DNA of 64,000 nt. Origin: Patescibacteria group bacterium. Its GTDB lineage: Bacteria > Patescibacteriota > Patescibacteriia > JAHJFT01. Every line of letters begins with the position of its first letter. The stretch's first letter is position 1. Under the pieces are notes generated by a model. It saw only the letters and a list, made by a program, of their open reading frames with translations. It made no database searches and had not been told where the DNA came from. The stretch spans positions 295,397 through 359,396 of the forward strand of contig JAQTTB010000001.1 in assembly GCA_028710985.1 (NCBI GenBank), in the 5' to 3' direction. Made by a program: the position numbers and the translations under genes. Shown piece by piece: positions 27,340 to 42,300 of the stretch.

Positions 27340-30300
27340 ATGAACTCAATCGGAGGAAGACAATTCAAGCGGACTTTAAAGAAAACCATTGTTTTGCAAA
27401 TGGCAGTTTTGATGTTGCTTGTCTGGTTCGGTGCGTTCGTGACTCCGGAAAAAGCCCATGCTGCGATTAATAAATACATCAACTATCAGGGAAAACTGCT
27501 TGATTCTTCCAAAATCCCGGTGGCGGACGGAACCTATGGCATTGAATTCAAGATTTACGATGCCGTCACTGCCGGCAGTGAACTCTGGTCAGATTCCTTT
27601 GATGTTGCTGTTGATGACGGTCTATTCAGCATTTTGCTGGGTTCAAGCGGCACGCTTGACTTGAATTTTGAAGATGAAGCCGGCTACTGGCTGGGTGTTA
27701 ATGTTGAGGCTGATGGCGAAATGACGCCGCGCAAAGAAATTGGCGCCGCGGCTTATGCATTCAACTCGGATTTATTGGACGGATTGCATGCCACGACTAC
27801 CGGCGCAATTTCTTCGGCCGTGGTCGCGCTGACTGCCAACGGCAATCTCACCATTACCGGCGATCCCCAAGGCGGCGCGGTTACACAGGGTTCCCTATAT
27901 ATTAATCCAGCCGCTCCGGCAGCCGATGAAACGCTTTTGGGTATCGCAAATAACGGCTCGCAGCGGCTGCTTTTGGATGCGGAAGGCGATCTGACGGTCG
28001 CCGGATATGTCTCAACCACACAATTATTTATTGATAGTATTGATGTTCAAACCAGCGCTTCCCGGACAACCTCAGGCGCGTATATCATTGGTGTTGCCGA
28101 CAACTTCTCGTGGTCGGCCTCAACCAATGTCCAGTTCGTGCTTGAGGATTTGGATCTCGCAATCACTAACGCCTCATCTTCAGCCAACCTTTGGACCGAT
28201 GCAGGTACATATATATATAACACCCCGGCCGGTGACATTAACCGATTCTATGACAACGGCGATATTAAGTTTGACCAAGTGAGTGATACATTATTTATTG
28301 ATCAAAGCGCGCACAGTATTGGTATCTTTACAACTTCTCCTACGGCCGCGGCACTTGAGGTTGATGCAAATTCACTTGGAACAACTACGGCAAACAAAAT
28401 AATTTTAGCAAACACAACCGCCGCCGGCGCTGGTGCACAACAGGTTTCGCCTGCATTAAATTTTAGAAGTCAAGGTTGGTCACTTGCAGAAAGTGCATCT
28501 CAAGAAGTGGATTGGCAAGTGTATGTCCTACCTCATCAATACGCTGGTCGACAGGCGACCTCAGATTTATATTTTCAGTATAAATTGGGCGGTGAATCAA
28601 GTTATAGAACTGGTATTATTTTTACCGCTCCTTTTGATAGCGGATATGCATCTTTAGCGGCATATAATGGCACTTTTTATAATAGCGTAAGTGTAAGCGC
28701 AGTTCTAAGTGTTAGCACCAATGCTTATCTGGCATATACATCTACTGCCTACAGGGTCGGCATCGGCACCAACAGCCCCGGCTACAAGCTGCATGTTGTT
28801 GGCACGAGCGGTTTTGATGGCAGCCTTGCTGTTTCATCAACCAATCTCATTTTTGACGCCGCCGGTACAGCCTTCGCAAGTTCAACCGACCGAACTCACT
28901 CCGGCGCTTACTACTTGGGTGTTGCCGACAATTTCTCCTGGTCGGCTTCAACCAATGTCCAGTTCGTGCTGGAAGATTTGGACCTTGCGATCACCAACGC
29001 CTCATCATCGGCCAATCTTTGGAAAGCAAACGCTTCATATATATATCCGGCCTCAACCACGGCCAATGTTTTCCCTTCATCAAACAATGCGCAAAGCCTA
29101 GGAGCGTTTGGTAGTGCCTGGAAAGATATTTATGCTTCGGGCACGTCATATTTAACCAACGTAACGGCGGCAAATTATGTTAATGTTTCCGACGCGACAG
29201 TCGGCTATAAAATCGGCGGGAACATAATTTTAAGAAATCCCTATACCCGCAATATACTTCTTGGTCAAAGCGCGGGAGCGGCTCTTAATTCAGATGGCAC
29301 GGACAATATGTTTCTCGGTTATTTGGCCGGAGCTGCAGCCACTTCTTCAGATTACAATACTTTCATCGGCTCTTACGCCGGCTATGCCAACACTGCCGGT
29401 ACTGCCAATGCCTTCATTGGCTATGTCGCCGGCTATGCCAACACCACCGGCGCTAATAATATTTTCATCGGCTCTTACGCCGGCTATACCAACACCATCG
29501 GCGCAAATAACTCCTTCATCGGTTATGCCGCTGGCCGCTACAGCACTACCGGCTCCTACAACTCCTTTATTGGTAATGCCGCCGGCTATTCAAACACCAC
29601 CGGTGCTGCCAATGCTTTCATCGGCTATGGTGCTGGCTACTATAACACCACCGGCGCGAATAACACCGCGATCGGTTCTTATGTTTTATACGCCAACACC
29701 ACAGGCGCGAATAATAGCGCGATCGGTTTTTACGCCTTAAGCGCCAACACCACTGGCGCGAATAACAGCGTGATTGGTTATTTTGCTTCATTTTACAACT
29801 CATCGGCCACGAGCACAGTGGCAATCGGTTATCAGGCGGCTCGAGGAACCGCGGCATACAGCAACCAAAACGGCGTGTACATTGGTTACAATGCCGGGTA
29901 TGCGGCTCAAACAGGGTCGGATAACAATATAATGATTGGTTATCAAGCCGGAGACAGTATAACAACGGGATCTGGCAATTTGCTTATTGGCTATGATGTT
30001 GATAATGCCACAAGCACGGCTTCAACCAATTACATAAATATCGGAAATACCATCCAGGGCTGGATCGGTGGAAAAATCTATCCATACAATCATGGAACAC
30101 AGGATTTGGGCGCATACGGTTATGCCTGGAAAGACATCTGGGCTTCAGGCACGGCCTTCCTCGCGAACGCGAATCTCTCCGGCAATGCTACTGTCCTGGG
30201 CTATGTCTCAACCACCCAAGTTTATATAGATAGTATAGATATAGAAGGCCAGGGTACGGGCAATACCACGGCCGGCGCCTACAAAATCGGCACTTATGAC

Positions 30301-33300
30301 GAATTTGACTGGTCCGCAAGCACCAATGTGCAGGATGTGCTTGATGACCTGGACGCCACTCTGACCACGGTTTCTACCTCGGCCATGCTTTGGACCGACG
30401 CGGGTACATATATATATAATACCCCGGCCGGAGACATTAACCGGTTTTATGATACCGGCAGTGTCAACTTTGATGCCACCAACACCACGCTTTATGTTGA
30501 CGCCATGAACAATCGCGTTGGTGTCGGCACGAATAACGCTTTAAGCGTTTTCCATATTCTTGGCAGCTACCCGCAGTTATTAATTAATGACAGTTCGGTT
30601 CCGAGCTTCCTGTCTTTGAGGGGTGATGCCAATATCTTCTTCAACAATGCCTCCAACTACAGGATCGCTAGCCAGGCTTATGCAAACCGCGGCACGGCCA
30701 CGGGCGATACAGTGAGATTTACCATTCAGGGCTCCAATGGATATGTGGGTATTGCCACTTCAACTCCGCAAGTGATGCTCCATGTGTACGACGGGAGTTT
30801 CCGTCAGCAAGATACAACCGGCGGCAAGACCGGGCAATTGACCATCTCCACCCTCTCTTCTGGTACGCTAATTCAGGAAACCAATAACGGTCGTATTACG
30901 TATAAGGCATATGCTCATACTTGGCAGACTCATGCGGGAACAGAAATTTTCCGAACCAGTGACGGGTTGACCGCAGTTATATTTAATGGAAATATTTTTT
31001 CTTACGGTAATCTTTACACCTCATCTTCAAAATTATTTGTTGGAAGTGACACAACTCTCGCCGAATCAACCGACCGCCTTGATTCCGGCGCCTACAATGT
31101 GGGCGTGGCCGACAACTTCTCGTGGTCGGCTTCAACCAATGTCCAGTTTGTGCTGGAAGATTTGGACCTCGCCATCACCAACGCCTCATCATCGGCCAAT
31201 ATCTGGAAAGCAAACGCTTCATATATATATCCGGCCTCAACCACGGCCAATGTTTTCCCCTCATCAAACAATGCGCAAAGCCTGGGTGCGTTTGGCAGCG
31301 CCTGGAAAGATATTTACGCTTCAGGCACAGCGTATTTAACCAACGTAACGGCGGCAAATTATGTTAATGTTTCCGACGCGACCGTCGGATATAAAATCGG
31401 CGGGAACATTATTTTAAGAAATCCCTATACTCACAATACACTTATCGGGCAAAACGCAGGGGCAAACATCAATTCAGATGGCACGGATAATACTTTTATT
31501 GGTTATTTCGCTGGGTACACAGCCACTTCAACAGATTATAACGTTTTTATCGGTCCTTACGCCGGCCAGAACAATGCTGCCGGCGCTAATAATTCCTTTA
31601 TCGGCTATGCCGCTGGCAAAGACAACACTACTGGCAGTGGCAACTCCTTCATCGGTTATGTCGCCGGCTATGCCAATACCATTGGCAATTATAACTCCTC
31701 CATCGGCTATGCCGCCGGCTATGCCAACACCACCGGCTCTTACAACTCCTTTATCGGCAATGCCGCCGGCCAAACCAACACCACCGGCGCGAATAACACC
31801 GGGGTTGGTTATTCCGCTTTATACTCCAACACCACCGGCGTGAATAACACCGCGGTTGGTTATTCCGCTCTATTCTATAACTCATCGGCCACAAGCACGG
31901 TGACAATTGGTTATCAGGCGGCGCGAGGAACCGCGGCATATAGCAACCAAAATGGCGTGTATATTGGTTACAGAGCGGGGTATGTTGTTCAAACAGGGTC
32001 GGATAACAATATAATGATCGGTTTTCAAGCCGGAAACAGTATCACAACCGGCGCTAATAATATATTGATTGGTTATGATGTTGATACACCGCTCGCAACC
32101 ACATCTAACTACTTAAACATTGGCAATCGGATTTATGGAAGTCTAACGGATGGAATTTTAAATATCCAGCCAAACGGTGATTCCAACAATTATTCCCGAT
32201 TTGCGACGGTTGATGCACAACCCATACTATATTTCGTTTCATCAACCATGACTAACTATTCCGGCTTCCGCTTGAATTCCTCTACCGGCGAAATGGAGTA
32301 TCGCGATGAGGATTCAGCGACGTATACACCATTTGACACAATCGCGGCCGGAGCGGGTATCTGGTCAACCGGCGCTTCATATATATATCCGGCCTCCACC
32401 ACGGCCAATGCTTTCCCCTCATCAAACAATGCGCAAAGCCTGGGTGCGTTTAGCAGCGCCTGGAAAGATTTTTATGCCTCCGGAACTTCATATCTCACCG
32501 GCGTATTGAATTCTGACGGAGCTCTTGGCGCGCCAAGCTACTCTTTCGCCGCAGATTCTGATACAGGTATGTTTTGGGCGGGTACGGGCAATGTTCGTTT
32601 CTCTTCAAACGGAGCGAGCATAGTGACCATGGGCAATTCTGAAGTGGATGTCGGCGGTTCAATTCTGCCAACCGCCAATAATACCCGAGATTTAGGCGCT
32701 TTCTCTTATGCCTGGCGCAATATCTATGCCTCCGGCACGGCATTCTTAACCGGTATTCAAAATTCAGTCGGAGCCGTCGGCACGCCAAGCTACAGTTTTG
32801 CCGGAGATACAAACACAGGAATCTACAGTCCATTATCCGATGCGGTTGCGATCGCTGTAAATGGTGCTCAACGATTCCAGGTAACCGCAACTGGCGCACA
32901 AGTAACCGGAACTGTCTATTCGGACGCAAATAATTCACGGGACATCGGCTACTTTGGAAATGCCTGGAATGATATCTTCGCGTCCGGTACAGCCTTCCTC
33001 GCGGATGCAAATCTCTCCGGCAATGCCACGGTCCTGGGTTATGTCTCTACCACGCAGTTATTTATTGATAGTATTGATGTTCAAACCAGCGCTTCCCGGA
33101 CAACCTCGGGCGCTTATGTCATTGGTGTGGCCGACAATTTCTCCTGGTCCGCCTCAACCAATGTCCAGTTCGTGCTGGAAGATTTGGACCTTGCGATCAC
33201 CAACGCCTCCTCATCCGCCAATATCTGGAAACTCGGGGCTTCATATATATATCCGGCATCCACCACGGCCGATATCCTGGCCGGCGCCGCAACTCCGGAC

Positions 33301-36300
33301 GGTGTCTCGCCGTTCTATGTTGATATTGCCGGCGGCGACAGATTACTTCAGCTGTATAAAGTATATGGCGGCACGCTCGCCGCCGGCGCAGCCAACTATG
33401 GTCTGCACGCCCAGGTTTCAAGCACGGTTGATGTGGCGGATCAAATTTATCAAATGTATGGCGCCTATAGCCAAGCCGAATTCGCCGGCACTTATGATTC
33501 CGGCTCAGGCGGCTCGATTACGGTTACTGGTTCATACTCTGAAGGCCGGTCCGCGACTAATACCATGTATATTTACGGCGCGTATAATTATGGTCTTCAG
33601 GAAGCCGGCGCGACCGCGGATACGGTTTACGGCGCATATAATCGGGCAATTTCCGCTGGGTCAACAAATACCGGCGTTTATGGCACATTTTCCGATGCTC
33701 AAGGCGACGGCATAAGCCGCGCTTATGGCGTATATTCAACAGTAACCGGCGGCACATCCAATTATGGTTTCAGTGCCTCGGTAACCGACGGCGCGGCCGG
33801 ATCAAACTACGGCGTCAATCTTATGGTCTCGGACGGCCTGGGTTCTAACTACGGTATTTCCGCCAGTGTTTCGGGTTCAGCCGGTGGCACAGTGCAATAC
33901 GGCGGCCAATTCACTGTCGGGGGCGCGGCAGGTGATACAAATTACGGCATTGATGCCGAAGTAACCGGATTCGGTGTTGGTGATACGAACTATGGTGTTT
34001 ATGCTAATGTGACCGGCGCGGCGGCTAACTGGGCCGGCTGGTTTGCGGGAGGCGACGTTTATGTGGAAAATAAATTATTTGTTTCAAGCTCGGAGCTTTT
34101 TATCGGCACTGATACCGCTCTCTCCGAATCAACCGGCCGCCTTGATTCCGGCGCCTACAATGTGGGTGTTGCCGACAATTTTGCCTGGTCGGCCTCAACC
34201 AATGTCCAGTTCGTGCTTGAAGATTTGGACGCGGCAATTACCGCCGCTGGAGGCATCTGGACCGACGCAGAAGGTTATATTTATCCGACCGCGGCCGGCG
34301 ATTATTACGACACCGGCGCGCGCATATACGACAACGGCGAAATCAACACCGATTCAAATCTCGTGGTTGATGGCTATGCCGCTTTCGGCACGGCAACTGA
34401 CACCTCAAAAATCGTGAATATTGAAAACACCGCCACGGATAAATACGGTTTGTATTCTCATACCACATCCACTTCTCTTATTCCGGGCGACTGGTATCAA
34501 GTACCTTCGGGCGCGGCCGGATATTTCCTGGCCGATGGCAGCTACGGTGGCGTTCGTACAAATACCGGAATTATGAGCCGGGCGGTGGGCGTTGCATTAT
34601 TTAATTCCGGCAATGTTAGCCATGCGTATAATGCGACAAATTATAATTTCGCGTATTTTGGCACCGCGAGCGGCACAAATTCCTATGTTGTTTATGGCTT
34701 GAATCCGAGCTATGGCACGACCGTTGATGCCTGGGGTGGATATCTTGAAGTGAATACAACGGCAAATGGTGGTACGTCTGATCACGTCGGCATGGAAACC
34801 AAGGTTGGCGGCGCGGATGCTAACTGGGGTTATAAAACAACCACCTCGGCTCCGTCGGGTGAAAAAGCCTATGGTTTTTGGGCCAATGTTGATGTGCAAG
34901 CCGCTTCGGAGTCCTACGGTATATATTTGACACTGGATGATTTAACCGGAGTCAGTACCAACCTTTATGGCTCAAGTATGAGTGTGAAGGGCAACGCAGC
35001 AGGCTATGCCGGTACTATTTACGGCAATAAGATCGTTGCCCAATATGGCGGTACTATTTACGGCCTTGATATTGATATTGATAACATTCATAACTATGGC
35101 TATGGCGTCAATGTATCAGTTGACGGCGCCAGCTATAGCCCCGTGGTCTACTTGGCGGGAAAAAGTTTAAAAAATTTCGGTGTGCGCGGCATGGCGGCTT
35201 CTGACACCGCGGATGTGGTTGGAGTTTACGGTTTGGGTACGGGCAACGGTGGCGACAATAGTATTTTTGGCATGGTCGGTAAAGCCACGGGCGGCATCTC
35301 TCAATATGGCGCTTATCTTGAAGCGGTTGGTGACACTTCGGATGCTACCTATGGCCTTTATTCAAGAACCAATACCGGAGATTCGGCCACAAGTTACGGC
35401 GTGTATTCATATGCGGTCGGCGGCGCCGATTCTACTAACTACGGTGTCTATGCCGTGGCCACGGACGGTGCTTCAACTCCGGTCGTGAACTATGGCATCT
35501 TCGCGTCGTCATCCGCCGCTACAACAAACTGGGCCGGCTGGTTTGGCGCCGGGGATGTTTATGTGGAAAATAAATTATTTGTTTCAAGCTCAGAGCTTTT
35601 TATCGGTACGGATACCGCTCTCTCCGAATCAACCGACCGCCTTGATTCCGGCGCCTACAACGTCGGCGTGGCCGACAATTTCTCCTGGTCCGCCTCAACC
35701 AATGTCCAGTTCGTGCTGGAAGATTTGGATGCCACTCTGACCACGGTTTCCACCTCGGCCATGCTTTGGACCGATGCGGGTACATATATATACAACACTC
35801 CGGCCGGGGACAAGAACCGCTTCTATGATAACGGCGCCGTGCTCTTCGGCCAGTCATGGAATACTTTCTTTGTCAGCGGCACCTCGAACTACGTGGGCAT
35901 TGGCACGGCCACGCCTTCAACCACTCTGCACATCGTTGGAACGTCATATCCTTTTGTACTGGTCGAAGGCAGTTCCATCTCAAAATTTACCGCACTCCGT
36001 GCCGACAGCAAGATTTTCTTTACGAGCACGGAAAATTTTAATATCAGCAGCCAGCCATATGCCAACCGCGGAACCGCCGCGGGTGAGACATTAAGATTTA
36101 CCATCCTGGGCTCTAATGGCTATGTGGGTATCAATACCGCGTCGCCGACTTCCACTCTTCAGGTCACGGGCGGAGATGTGCATTTCCAGGCAACCGGCGG
36201 AGCCCCGGGTACATATTGGGACTACGATACCGGTTATCTGGGCATCGGGACGACCGGGCCAGTGGCGAAATTGAATATTAGTGTTTCTGGTGACGGGACT

Positions 36301-39300
36301 GAAGCTTTGAGATTTTCCACGGAAAGAGCATGGACATTCCGCCAGAGTGGCGTGGGGGGAGCGGCGAAACTGCAACTTAAAGACCTCAGCGGGCAGAAAT
36401 ATTTTGAAATTACCGGATTTGATGATTCTGTTACGGCCTCTTTTTACAATGACTTTGCAACACCTGCGGGTAGCAGGGTTTTGTTGTTACCAGGCGGCGG
36501 CAACGTCGGCATTGGCACAACCGCGCCAAATTATCTCCTGCATGTCTCCGGCACGAGCGCGTTCATGGATAATATGTACGTCTCGTCATCTGAATTATTT
36601 ATCAATACCAGCACTTATCTTTCCGAATCAACGGCAAGAGACGATTCCGGCGCCTACAACGTCGGCGTGGCCGACAATTTCTCCTGGTCGGCTTCAACCA
36701 ATGTCCAGTTTGTGCTGGAAGATTTGGACCTTGCCATCACCAACGCCTCATCGTCGGCCAATATCTGGAAAGCAAACGCTTCTTATATATATCCGGCCTC
36801 AACCACGGCCAATGTTTTCCCTTCATCAAACAATGCGCAAAGCCTAGGAGCGTTTGGTAGTGCCTGGAAAGATATTTACGCTTCAGGCACAGCGTATTTA
36901 ACCAACGTAACGGCGGCAAATTATGTTAATGTTTCCGACGCGACCGTCGGATATAAAATCGGCGGGAACATAATTTTAAGAAATCCCTACACCCGCAATA
37001 CACTTCTTGGGCAAGGCGCGGGAGCAGCGCTTAATTCAGACGGCACGGACAATACTTTTATCGGTCATGGCGCCGGAAATGTTGCCACTTCAACGGATTA
37101 TAATGCCTTCGTTGGTGCTTACGCCGGCTATGCCAATACTATTGGTAATTATAACTCCTTTATTGGCTATGCCGCTGGTTTTTCCAATACCATTGGTGCG
37201 AATAATACCTTTATCGGTAATGCCGCCGGCCAATCCAACACCACCGGCGCGGGTAACATCGCAATCGGTTCGGCTGCTTTATATACCAATTCCACTAGCG
37301 CGAATAATACCGCGATTGGTAATGCTGCTTTACGCTACACCACCGGCGCGAATAATACCGGGGTTGGTTATGCCGCTTTATACACCAATACCACTGGTGC
37401 GGGTAACACCGGGGTTGGTTCTTATACTCTATACGCCAACACCACCGGTACGAATAACACCGCCATCGGTTTATATGCCTTAAGCGCTAACACCACCGGC
37501 TCATATAACACCGCGATCGGTTATTATTCTTCACTCTATAACTCATCGGCCACAAGTACGGTGGCAATTGGTTATCAAGCGGCACGAGGAACCGCGGCAT
37601 ACAGCAACCAAAACGGCGTGTACATTGGTTACAATGCCGGGTATGCGGCTCAGACAGGGTCAAATAACAATATAATGATTGGTTATCAAGCCGGAGATAG
37701 TATAACAACGGGATCTGGCAATTTGCTTATTGGCTATGACGTTGATAATGCCACAAGCACGGCTTCAACCAATTACATAAATATCGGAAATACCCTTCAG
37801 GGCTGGATCGGTGGAAAAATTTATCCATACAACCAGGGAACACAGGATTTGGGCGCATACGGCTATGCCTGGAAAGATATCTTCGCCTCCGGCACGGCCT
37901 TCCTCGCGAACGCGAATCTCTCGGGCAATGCCACGGTCCTGGGTTATGTCTCTACCACGCAGTTATTTATTGATAGTATTGATGTTCAAACCAGCGCTTC
38001 CCGGACAACCTCGGGCGCTTATGTCATTGGTGTTGCCGACAACTTCTCCTGGTCCGCCTCAACCAATGTCCAGTTCGTGCTGGAGGATTTGGATCTCGCG
38101 ATCACCAACGCCTCATCTTCAGCCAACCTTTGGAAAGCAAATGCTTCATATATATATCCGGCCTCAACCACGACTAAAATTTATGTTCCAAAGCAAGCGT
38201 ATCCAATTCCATCCCTGACTTTTTCCGATGATCCGGACACGGGTTTCGGGTCCATAACCGCGAATCAACTAACTTTTTACGCCGGAGGAACCGAATCCTT
38301 CACCGCGAAGGCTTCGGGTATATTAAATTATATAAACTGGAAAGCTCCGGCAACGAATAGCCAATTAAATGTTTTGGGAGCAATCACTACGGGAAGCGGA
38401 AATACGGCCTTTAGAATTGGTAATGAGAATGCTCTTTATGGAACCGACAGAGTTCTGGCAGTTTATTCCGGAAATCTTAACGGCGAACTGCTGACTGTCT
38501 TAGCAAACGGCAGTGTCGGCATGGGTGACACTACGCCGGATTTTGGCTTAGAGGTCGCCACTTCAACCGCGAGCGGTTTTCTGGCGGTTTCTTCAGTTTC
38601 GGGTAATAACGGCGACCTGTTCATGGTGGATGAAGCCGGTCGGGTCGGCATCAACACCACCGATCCCGGTTACAAGCTGCATGTTGTTGGCACGAGCGGC
38701 TTTGACGGCAGTCTTGCTGTTTCATCAACCAATCTTATCTTTGACGCATCGGGTACGGCTATCGCAAGCTCAACCGACCGTCTGCATTCTGGCGCATATT
38801 TCGTCGGCGTTGATTCAGCCAATATTACTCAATCGGCTTCAACCAATGTCCAGTTTGTGCTTGAGGATTTTGACCTTGCCATCGTTTCGGCCGGTTCAAA
38901 ATGGACCGATGCCGCGGGTTATATTTATCCGACCGTGGCCGGCGATTACGGCGGAACCGGCATGAAAATAGCTGACGACGGTGAAATTAGCACCGATGGC
39001 AATCTCACGGTTGACGGTAAGGTTGCAATTGGCACAACTATATTGGGTACGCGGATGTTGAACATTATTCAAGCCGGCACGGGAGTTAGTAACTATGGCA
39101 TCAATGTGACAGCATCGGGCGCGGGCACGAACAATTATGCCATTTACGCAACCGCTACAGGAGGAGCCGCGGCGAATTGGGCCGCCTATTTCGGTGCCGG
39201 TAATGTCGCGGTCCTTAATGGCAATATGTATGTTGGCGCAACCACGGAGACGATTACGGATACGACTTTTAGTATGGCCGGTGATGATTTCTATGATTCA

Positions 39301-42300
39301 GGCATGATTGGCGCGGCGGTGGCTTTATATACAAATGGATATATTTGCGTCGGCGGTGATGGATGCGGAACCGACGCGGGTACAGTATATGTTATTCAAG
39401 CTGGCACGGGAGTTAGTAACTACGGTGTCCATGTAACGGCATCAGGCGCGGGCACGACCAACTATGGCGTTTATGCGACCGTTTCAGGAAGCGCGACAAA
39501 TTATGCATTTTATTCGCCAGACGCCGGCGGCTACTCCTACTTCGGCGACCACGTGGCAATTGAGGATGCGGCGGTTTCGGATAATTACGCGCTTGGTATT
39601 TTGGAAACATTCTCCGGCGCCGGCATCACTGGCTTGCAGACCGGCGTGAGCACCACAGTTGCATTTACCGGCAGCGTTGGCGCCGGAAATTACTATTTTG
39701 GCGCGCAAAGCGATGTGGCGACATGGAGCGGAACCGCCGGCGACGCGAACGATATGCTAATTGGCAATGCGGCGCAAATTTATGTAACAACAACCGGCGG
39801 TAAAACTTTGGAAGATGCCAGAGCATTCTATGGATATTCCCGGGTTTCGGATGGCTATGTGAGTAGTACCTATGGCGTTTATGGTACGAGCAACAACAGT
39901 GGTGGTCTGGTGGATTATGCATACGGCGGCTACTTTAGCGCCGAGGGCACAGCTACGGATAATTATGGTATATATGCCTCTGCGGAAGACGGCCAGCATC
40001 AGATCGGTGGCAATTTTGTAGCAACTGGATCAACGGGCGATTCGACCTATGGAGTAAAAATCGATGTAGCGGGTGGTGATAAAAATTATGGGGTGTACAC
40101 AGTGGTTGGTAGTGCCGACTCGGAATCATATGCAGTATATGGCAGAACGACCGGAGGTATTTATTCAGTAGGCTCAACTTCTTATGGGGGTTACTTTACG
40201 GGCCTAGCAGTCGCTTCGACCACGTATGGCGTGTATGCAAATGCGAGTAACGGCACAACCGCAAGTTATGGCGTATTTGCAAAAGGCACGACCGCCGGGG
40301 TTTATGCGGAAAATCCCGCCGATGCCAATGATTATACTCAGCTCTTAAATGTTAGCGGCGGCACGGTGAATGGGGTAAATACACAAATAATTCATAATGA
40401 CGCAGCCACTGCTTACGGCAGTAAAATTACAGTAACGGGTTCTGCGGGCAACGCTGGAGATTTGCAGGGAGTAAGCGCTACCTTGACCGGAGTCGCCTAT
40501 GATCCGAGTTCATACGCCTATGGCGGGTATTTCAGCGCGGCAGTAACAGCATCTAGCACCTATGGCATTTATGCTAATGCATCCGGAGGGACGCAGCAAA
40601 GCGTTGGCGTCTTCGCAAAGGGTACAAGCGCCGGCGTATTTGCGGAAAACCCGGCCGATGCGAGCGACTATACCAAGCTCATGTATGTGGACGGCGGCAC
40701 AATTCATGGAGTTAGGGTTGACATTCAGCACAATAATGCGGCCGAAGCGCATGGCCTCGACATCGGCGTCACCGGCACCGGAGCAAATCCAGGTGATTTA
40801 TACGGTGCGAAGGTGCAAACATTGGGCACAGTTTATGATGCGGATTCACTTGCCTATGGCGGATATTTTTACAACACGGTCACCGCTTCAACTACCTATG
40901 GCGTTTATGGAAAGGCAGCAAACACATCCGAGGGAAGCACCAGTTATGGACTTTACGGTGAAGCAATCGATGGACCCGGTGTTGGATTGCAAGTTGGCGT
41001 AATGGGTGTTGCCGGTGATGCTCTTTACAGTATGGGCGTGAGAGCGCAATCGCCAAAGATTGCCCTTGCTGCTGAAGATAGTAATGATATAAATAATCAC
41101 TCGGTTTATCTTGCTCATTGGGCAGCCAGTAATGAAGCCGTGGGTGTGACAATAAATAATCTTGCCTCATTAAATATGTCAGATGTTTCAAGGGAAGGTC
41201 TGATAGTAAGTGTCAGCGGTTATCCCGGAAACACACGGAAAGTTACTGGTATTGATGTAGCTGCCAATAAGCTGGGTGGAGTCGGTGATATTTTTGGCAT
41301 AGATGTGGATACAAATTCAAATTCAACTAGTTCAGTTAATGTGTATGGCATCAGATCTATTACAACCGGAGACAACAATAGCGCTGACGGTGAAATATAT
41401 GCCGGATATTTTGACATAACAAGCAGCGATGCATCATCGTCAATTGGCGTTTATGCGAACGCCGCGAGCGGCGACACTAACTGGGCATTCTACGGCGGAG
41501 GAGTAACTGATTCGGCCTTTGGCGGCGATATCTATGTCGGATATGGAAATGCCGGGGATGATGATTATGTGTATTTTGACGGTGGCTCAACCGAGTATCT
41601 TGTATGGGATAATGCAAACGCCCGATTTAGATTTAGCGACGATTTGGTCGCGGATGGCAATGTGTATGTCGGCAATAGCAGCCAGGTTGACGATGATTAT
41701 GTTTATTTTGATCAAGCCGCAGAATGGATTGTTTATGATGAGTCAGTAGACGATAGGTTTGAGATTACCGGCCAAGTATATATTATTACTGACACACAGT
41801 CCACGAATGGTATTTGCGGATCCAATGCCGCAGTGGGTAGTACAGAGCTATATGATTGCAGCGGCACGCCGGGAGATATTGCCGAGTGGTATCCGATCGT
41901 TGAAGATGCGGTTGCCGGTGACATAGTCTATGCGGCAAGCAGTACGATTACATACTCGGAAGTATTATTTGATCCAGTATCAGGCCTCTCAACCAGCAGT
42001 ACGGGAACGTATAATACATCCGTGGTTGACCGCGCTTCTAAACCCTACGACTCAAGAATAATTGGCATCGTTTCAACGAGCCCGGTTCAGAGATTTGGAG
42101 AGAATGTCCGTGAAGTGTCATCAAGCACCGCAGTGATTGCACTCATCGGCCGCGTGCCGACAAGGGTTTCGGATGCCAATGGTCCCATTAAAGCCGGTGA
42201 TCAAATAACTTCCTCTGATATTAGGGGCGTTGGAATGAAATCCACCAAGCCGGGCATGGTCGTGGGCACGGCGCTCGAAGATTGGAGCGGGTCCGGAGAA

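Noticed and set aside
28709-39922. Many 60-170 aa ORFs in alternative frames inside the giant gene (for example 29261-29740, 31478-31843, 37007-37483, Pro/Thr/Ala-rich)
   Set aside because: They are products of the highly repetitive, compositionally biased DNA of the 16.4 kb ORF. They repeat with the same period as the main frame and have no starts with RBS.
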